A stretch of DNA of 32,000 nt from positions 1,710,001-1,742,000 of the forward strand of contig NZ_CP008796.1 in the NCBI RefSeq assembly GCF_000734015.1, read 5' to 3'. Positions 27,651 to 32,000 of the stretch are shown here, piece by piece (the first letter of the stretch is position 1; each line of letters opens with the position of its first letter). Under the pieces are notes generated by a model that saw only the letters and a list, made by a program, of their open reading frames with translations, did no database searches and was not told where the DNA came from. This DNA is from Thermodesulfobacterium commune DSM 2178. Lineage in GTDB: Bacteria; Desulfobacterota; Thermodesulfobacteria; Thermodesulfobacteriales; Thermodesulfobacteriaceae. Made by a program: the position numbers and the translations under genes.

Positions 27651-29465
27651 ATGACTTTTTCAGATTTTGTAGACCAAGAACAGGCAAAACTTGCTCTGAT
27701 TTTAAATGCAATACTGCCAGACTGTGGTGGACTTCTATTAGTTGGTAAGAGAGGAACAGGCAAGTCCACCCTCTTAAAAGCTTTCAAAAATATTGTTCAG
27801 GCTCTTAATATTCCTTTTGTTGAACTTCCCATGAATTCTACTGAAGAGGCAGTTTTAGGCGGAATTGATATTGAAGAGACAGTTAAGCAAGGTAGAAGAA
27901 TTTATCAAAAAGGACTTGTTTCAAAGGCACACGGGGGATTTCTTATGATTGAAGATATAAACCTTTTCCCTAATGATATACTCTCCCTGATTTTTGAAGT
28001 CCAATCAAGAGGGGAAAATATCATTGAAAGAGAAGGAATTACACTAAAAGAGCCAGCTAAATTTCAGATTCTTGCAACGATGAACCCAGAGGAAGGAGAT
28101 TTTTCAGCTCATTTTCTTGATAGATTTGGTATGTGCGTGATTATGGATGAAATTAAAGATAAAAATAAAAGGATAGAGATCGTAAAACTTAATCTCGACT
28201 GTGCAGATCAAAATAAGGATTTTCAGTTAATAGAAAGAATTTTAAAGTCAAAGGAATTTATCAAACAACTCAGACTTTCAGATGAAATAAAAGAATACAT
28301 AGCCGAATTAACGCTAAAAGAAGCTGTTTCAGGACATAGGGCTGATATATTTTTAATGTATGCCTCAAAGGCCTATGCAGCTTATAAGGAAGAAAAAGAA
28401 ATCCGAAAAGAACATGTTGATAGGGTTGCTCCTCTTGTTTTTATTCACAGAAAAAGGCAGGTTGAGAATCCTCAAACAGAAGAGAAAGAACAAGAGCAGA
28501 AAAGAAAGGAAAATACAGAGGAAAGAGGAAACAAAGAAAATAAACCAAAACATACTTCATCAACTCAATTTTCCGAGCAAGGAAGTCCTCAGGAAAGGCC
28601 ATCAAGTGAAAAAGAGGAAGTTTTTCCAGTTGGTGACAGCTTTAAAGTAAAAAGAATTTTATTAAAAAAGGATAGAATTTTGAGAGAAGTTTTTGGAAGA
28701 AGAACAAAAACAAAAATAAAAGGTAGAGGAGGAAGATTTGTTAGAAGTTTAATGCAAAAAAGAGAGGATATTGCCATTTCTGCAACACTTAGAGCAGCAG
28801 CCCCATTTCAAAAAGTAAGAGGTAGAAAAGATAAGCTTATCATAAAAGATCAGGATCTAAGATATAAAGAAAAAGAGAGAAAGATGAGCCATATTGTTAT
28901 ATTTGTTGTGGATGCTTCTGGTTCTATGGGTGTTGAGCAAAGGATGATACAAACAAAAGGAGCAATACTGTCTCTTCTTATGGATTGCTATCAGAAAAGA
29001 GATAAAGTTGCGATGATTGTTTTCAGAAAAGACCGTGCAGAGGTAGTTCTCCCCCCAACCTCTTCTCATGACCTTGCTTTAAAAAGACTAAAACAAATTC
29101 CCACAGGAGGTAAAACACCACTTTCAGCAGGGCTTATGGAAGCATATAAGTTGATAAAAAGAACATCTTTAAAAGAACCAGAAGCCCGTTTTTTGATGAT
29201 TCTCGTCACAGATGGCAAAGCTAACGTTCCTATCGCTGAAAAATCCTCTATCACTTTATTTGAAGAAGTCAGGAAAATCTGTTCTACACTGAAAAATATA
29301 CCTAAAGTCGATTTTGTAGTCGTTGATACAGAAAAGAAAAATAAATTTATAAAAATAGATATGGCACTAAAAATTGCAGAATGGCTTTCTGGTAAATATT
29401 TTAAAATAAATACTCTTACATCTGAAAATCTTGTAGAAATTGTAAAGTTCTATAAGATAGATTAA
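27651..29465 (+). CDS. ChlD/BchD-like chelatase subunit (AAA+-like N-domain, charged linker, C-terminal vWA/MIDAS domain)
   Basis: Start moved from 27594 to ATG 27651, 1 nt after the chlI-like stop, so the N-terminus (MTFSDFVDQEQAKLALILNA...) aligns with the ChlI paralogue. It has Walker A VGKRGTGKST, a K/E-rich linker (nt ~28449-28620) and a vWA domain with MIDAS VIFVVDASGSMG...TGGKTPL...VTDGKAN. Confidence 0.85.
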   Translation: MTFSDFVDQEQAKLALILNAILPDCGGLLLVGKRGTGKSTLLKAFKNIVQALNIPFVELPMNSTEEAVLGGIDIEETVKQGRRIYQKGLVSKAHGGFLMIEDINLFPNDILSLIFEVQSRGENIIEREGITLKEPAKFQILATMNPEEGDFSAHFLDRFGMCVIMDEIKDKNKRIEIVKLNLDCADQNKDFQLIERILKSKEFIKQLRLSDEIKEYIAELTLKEAVSGHRADIFLMYASKAYAAYKEEKEIRKEHVDRVAPLVFIHRKRQVENPQTEEKEQEQKRKENTEERGNKENKPKHTSSTQFSEQGSPQERPSSEKEEVFPVGDSFKVKRILLKKDRILREVFGRRTKTKIKGRGGRFVRSLMQKREDIAISATLRAAAPFQKVRGRKDKLIIKDQDLRYKEKERKMSHIVIFVVDASGSMGVEQRMIQTKGAILSLLMDCYQKRDKVAMIVFRKDRAEVVLPPTSSHDLALKRLKQIPTGGKTPLSAGLMEAYKLIKRTSLKEPEARFLMILVTDGKANVPIAEKSSITLFEEVRKICSTLKNIPKVDFVVVDTEKKNKFIKIDMALKIAEWLSGKYFKINTLTSENLVEIVKFYKID

Positions 29466-29636
29466 AGATTGTTTTGGTAGAAAATCTACAGTTATTAATT
29501 GTATCTATCCCTGCAAAGTAAGAACCTTCTTACTAGAGATACCGCTTTGTGAACCAAATTCATCTTAGTATTCAAAAAGAAGAAATTTTTCATAGGTTGT
29601 AAATTTTTATCGGCAAATTAGGGCTAATGCGTGTGC

Positions 29637-29665
29637 TTGACTTTTATACCGGTAAGTTTTAAAAT
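29637..29665 (+). promoter_or_regulatory. Candidate sigma-70-type promoter of rtcB
   Basis: TTGACT (29637-29642), 17-nt spacer, TAAAAT (29660-29665), 50 nt upstream of the rtcB ATG. Confidence 0.4.
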
Positions 29666-29715
29666 AAAAATAGTTTAAATATTAATACGAAATTTACTTT
29701 TGGTAGTTAGGGACT

Positions 29716-31146
29716 ATGGAGCTTAAGAAATTAAAAAGAATTTCAGAATACGAGTGGGAAATTTCTCCTGTAGGTGATATGAAAGTTCCTGGAAAAATTT
29801 TTGCCAGTCAGAAGTTAGTTGAAGAAATGGATGAAAAGGTCTATGAGCAGGTCTGTAATGTAGCAAGTCTTCCTGGTATTGTGAAGGCTTCTATCGCCAT
29901 GCCAGATGCTCATTGGGGATATGGGTTCCCTATCGGAGGGGTTGCTGCCTTTGACCCTGAAGAAGGAGGTATCATCTCTGTCGGTGGGGTGGGATACGAT
30001 ATCTCCTGTGGGGTTAGAACTCTTCTTACTCCCTTAGAAAAAAACGAAGTAATTCCTCATTTAGAAACTTTGGTAAAGATGCTTTTTGAAACCGTTCCTT
30101 CAGGGGTAGGCTCGGAGGGAACTATAAAGCTTTCCCCCTCTCAATTAGATGAGGTCTTAGTTGAAGGGGCTAAGTGGGCGGTAAAAAAGGGGTATGGGAT
30201 TCCAGAAGATTTGGAGTATATAGAGGAAAAAGGTTGTATGCCTGGAGCTGACCCCAGCTTTGTGTCTATGGAAGCCAAAAAGAGACAACACAGACAAATA
30301 GGGACCTTAGGCTCAGGGAACCATTACTTAGAAATTCAATATGTCTCAGAGATCTATAATCAGGAAGTAGCTGAGGTGTTTGGTCTTTTTAAAAACCAGG
30401 TGGTAGTTACCTTTCATTGTGGTTCTCGGGCTTTGGGGCATCAAATCGCTACCGATTATCTTCCTGTTTTAGCCAAGGCTGCAAGGAAATATGGTATCCC
30501 TATCAAAGAAAAAGAGTTGGTTTGTGCCCCTATCGACTCTCCTGAAGGAGAAAGTTATTTTAAAGCCATGGTTTGTGGGATAAACTGTGCTTTAGCCAAC
30601 CGCCAGGTGATTACCCATTTAGTAAGAGAGGTTTTTCAAGAGATATTCCCAGGGATATTCCTTAAAGTACTTTATGATGTTAGTCATAATACCTGTAAAG
30701 TGGAACATCACTTAATAAACGGTAAACTAAAAAAGCTTTATGTCCATCGTAAAGGAGCTACGAGAGCTTGGGGTCCCGGGAGAAAAGAGTTGCCTAAGGA
30801 GTATCAAAAGGTAGGTCAGCCTGTTATCATCGGTGGTTCTATGGGGACAGCCTCTTACATTTTGGTCGGCACCGAAGAAGGAGAAGAAAAAGCCTTTGGT
30901 TCTGCCTGTCACGGAGCAGGAAGGACGATGAGTAGAAATCAAGCTATTAAAACTTTTAGGGCAGACCAAATAATAGAAAATCTAAGGAAAAAGGGTATCA
31001 TAGTAATGGCTAAATCTAAAAAAGGGTTATGTGAGGAAGCACCAGAGGCTTATAAGGATGTTAACGAGGTAATCGAGGCTACCTGCAAGGCAGGTCTTAC
31101 CAAAAAGGTAGCTAAGTTAATACCTATAGGTTGTATTAAAGGCTAA
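29716..31146 (+). CDS. rtcB: RNA-splicing ligase RtcB (3'-phosphate/5'-hydroxyl RNA ligase)
   Basis: 476 aa with MPDAHWGYGFPIGGV, GYDISCGVR, GSGNHYLEIQ, SHNTCKVE and CHGAGR. There is no intein-like interruption. Confidence 0.95.
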   Translation: MELKKLKRISEYEWEISPVGDMKVPGKIFASQKLVEEMDEKVYEQVCNVASLPGIVKASIAMPDAHWGYGFPIGGVAAFDPEEGGIISVGGVGYDISCGVRTLLTPLEKNEVIPHLETLVKMLFETVPSGVGSEGTIKLSPSQLDEVLVEGAKWAVKKGYGIPEDLEYIEEKGCMPGADPSFVSMEAKKRQHRQIGTLGSGNHYLEIQYVSEIYNQEVAEVFGLFKNQVVVTFHCGSRALGHQIATDYLPVLAKAARKYGIPIKEKELVCAPIDSPEGESYFKAMVCGINCALANRQVITHLVREVFQEIFPGIFLKVLYDVSHNTCKVEHHLINGKLKKLYVHRKGATRAWGPGRKELPKEYQKVGQPVIIGGSMGTASYILVGTEEGEEKAFGSACHGAGRTMSRNQAIKTFRADQIIENLRKKGIIVMAKSKKGLCEEAPEAYKDVNEVIEATCKAGLTKKVAKLIPIGCIKG

Positions 31147-31168
31147 AATCTCGTTAAAAAGGGGGTAG

Positions 31169-31519
31169 GTGATGAAAAAGAGATGGGTTAAGTTTTTAGG
31201 TATCGTTTCTGCTGGGTTGTTAGCTTTTGGTTGTAGCTGCCCTATCGAAGCTCCAGAGAAGGCAGTAGCTCAACCTGCACCACAACCACCAGCTTGTCCA
31301 GAGTGTGTAAAGAAGGTAGAGGATGAGTTAAAAGCTTTAAAGCTTCAGGTAGAAAGTCTTAAGTCTCAAGTTGACAACCTCAAGGTTGATACAGCAGAGG
31401 CCAAGCAAGCTTCTCAAAAAGCAATAGAAGCGGCAAACAAAGCTGAAGAAGCTGCACAAAAGGCAGAGGCAGCTGCCAAAAAATGCGAAAGAGTTTTTGA
31501 AAAAGGATTAAAAAAGTAA
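31169..31519 (+). CDS. Lpp/OprI-like alanine-zipper lipoprotein
   Basis: 116 aa. It has a signal peptide ending in a lipobox-like LLAFGC, a Pro-rich spacer and then a heptad Ala/Lys/Glu helix (AEAKQASQKAIEAANKAEEAAQKAEAAAKK...EKGLKK) ending in Lys, as in OprI/Lpp. The start is GTG 31169 or ATG 31172. Confidence 0.6.
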   Translation: MMKKRWVKFLGIVSAGLLAFGCSCPIEAPEKAVAQPAPQPPACPECVKKVEDELKALKLQVESLKSQVDNLKVDTAEAKQASQKAIEAANKAEEAAQKAEAAAKKCERVFEKGLKK

Positions 31520-31523
31520 GGTT

Positions 31524-32000
31524 ATGCAGCGTCCTTTTGAAGCACTCGGGGAATACTTTGGTATAAGTATTCCCCGAAAAAAGTTAAAGTTAAACGATCC
31601 CTTGCTTTTGGAAAAACCCTCTTTTTGCGAGGAAAAGGACTGGTCTGAGGTGGTTAGCAGGGCCAAACCTCTTAAGGAAAAAAACTTTCTTTGGTTTTTT
31701 ACCCCTAAAAAACCATTCTGGGACCTTAAAAAGGATTGGCCTCCTAAAAGAATAGACCTTAAGGTTTGGCTCACTTCAGAATACATAGAAGGTGGTTTTT
31801 CCAAGACTTACAAAAGTTTAGTGTATGAATTAAGAGAAGGAAGGTTTTCTGTTAAAAAAACCTTAAACTTGAGAGGGATGTTTGTAGAGGAGGCCAAAAT
31901 CGCGTTCGAAGAGTTTTTGAGGGAGGCCATTATAAACGGTGATAATTGCGTGCTTATCATCCACGGAAGAGGCCTTTCTTCTAAAAAAGAGCCGGTGCTT
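31524..32000 (+). CDS. Smr-domain protein (3' end cut by window edge)
   Basis: This gene is absent from the ORF track because it has no stop inside the window. My own translation from ATG 31524 stays open for 159 codons to position 32000. It ends in a clear Smr motif: LNLRGMFVEEAKIAFEEFLREAIINGDNCVLIIHGRGLSSKKEPVL. It starts 4 nt after the lipoprotein stop. Confidence 0.7.
   Translation, partial: MQRPFEALGEYFGISIPRKKLKLNDPLLLEKPSFCEEKDWSEVVSRAKPLKEKNFLWFFTPKKPFWDLKKDWPPKRIDLKVWLTSEYIEGGFSKTYKSLVYELREGRFSVKKTLNLRGMFVEEAKIAFEEFLREAIINGDNCVLIIHGRGLSSKKEPVL

Noticed and set aside
18893-28777. Short alternative-frame or antisense ORFs inside the cassette genes (18893-19087, 19184-19435, 20432-20734, 21297-21752, 22201-22401, 23674-24658, 25339-26567, 26668-27158, 27499-27787, 28360-29254)
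   Set aside because: Each is nested in a gene with clear family motifs in another frame. Several fall in the low-complexity chlD-like linker, where any frame stays open by chance.
29626-29661. 11-codon mini-ORF (MRVLDFYTGKF) in the rtcB upstream region
   Set aside because: It has no SD, overlaps the candidate rtcB promoter, and its length is consistent with chance.
29472-29706. 9-nt direct repeat TTTTGGTAG (29472-29480 and 29698-29706) as possible att/target-site duplication
   Set aside because: Both copies lie on the right side of the cassette and do not flank it. A 9-mer repeat within 250 bp of AT-biased DNA is within chance expectation, and no integrase or tRNA is nearby.
31508-31804. 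98-aa minus-strand ORF from the ORF track
   Set aside because: It lies antisense to a plus-strand reading frame that stays open from ATG 31524 to the window end and encodes a clear Smr domain. The minus-strand product has no recognisable motif and a Ser/Leu/Phe-rich, antisense-type composition.
1-32000. CRISPR arrays, tRNA/rRNA genes, IS elements, integrases and defence-system hallmarks
   Set aside because: I found no regularly spaced repeats, no cloverleaf-compatible GC-rich intergenic segments, and no transposase, integrase, nuclease or helicase signature ORFs. Intergenic regions are short, apart from the AT-rich promoter regions described above.

Overview
This 32-kb chromosomal window comes from a low-GC bacterium with K/E/I-rich proteins. 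That suggests a thermophilic diderm, but the taxon is inference only. Most of the window is housekeeping: rpoC truncated at its 5' end by the window edge, a bidirectional terminator, rpsO, acyP, an M20 peptidase, a ComF-like protein, a CN-hydrolase::RfaE-domain-II fusion, flgM with a sigma-28-type promoter, a YafK-like L,D-transpeptidase, panC-panD-rimO, hslVU, a Zn alcohol dehydrogenase, rtcB, an Lpp/OprI-like lipoprotein, and a 3'-truncated Smr gene that the ORF track missed. The stand-out is an 11.6-kb eight-gene operon with overlapping or near-abutting genes (17818-29465). It encodes a TonB-dependent receptor, a Peripla_BP_2/FecCD/ATPase importer, CobN split into two ORFs, a ChlI-like ATPase and a ChlD-like vWA subunit. 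This couples haem/corrinoid-type uptake machinery to a complete ATP-dependent class-I chelatase. No other cob/cbi or chlorophyll genes are nearby, no B12 riboswitch is visible, and codon usage differs from the flanks in small hand counts. Its substrate and its direction (metal insertion versus haem dechelation for iron) cannot be assigned from sequence. The second most interesting item is a 1075-aa membrane-anchored PDZ plus coiled-coil protein of unknown function (4041-7268). I saw no CRISPR array, tRNA, rRNA, transposase or integrase. All calls rest on reading motifs by eye; no database search was possible.
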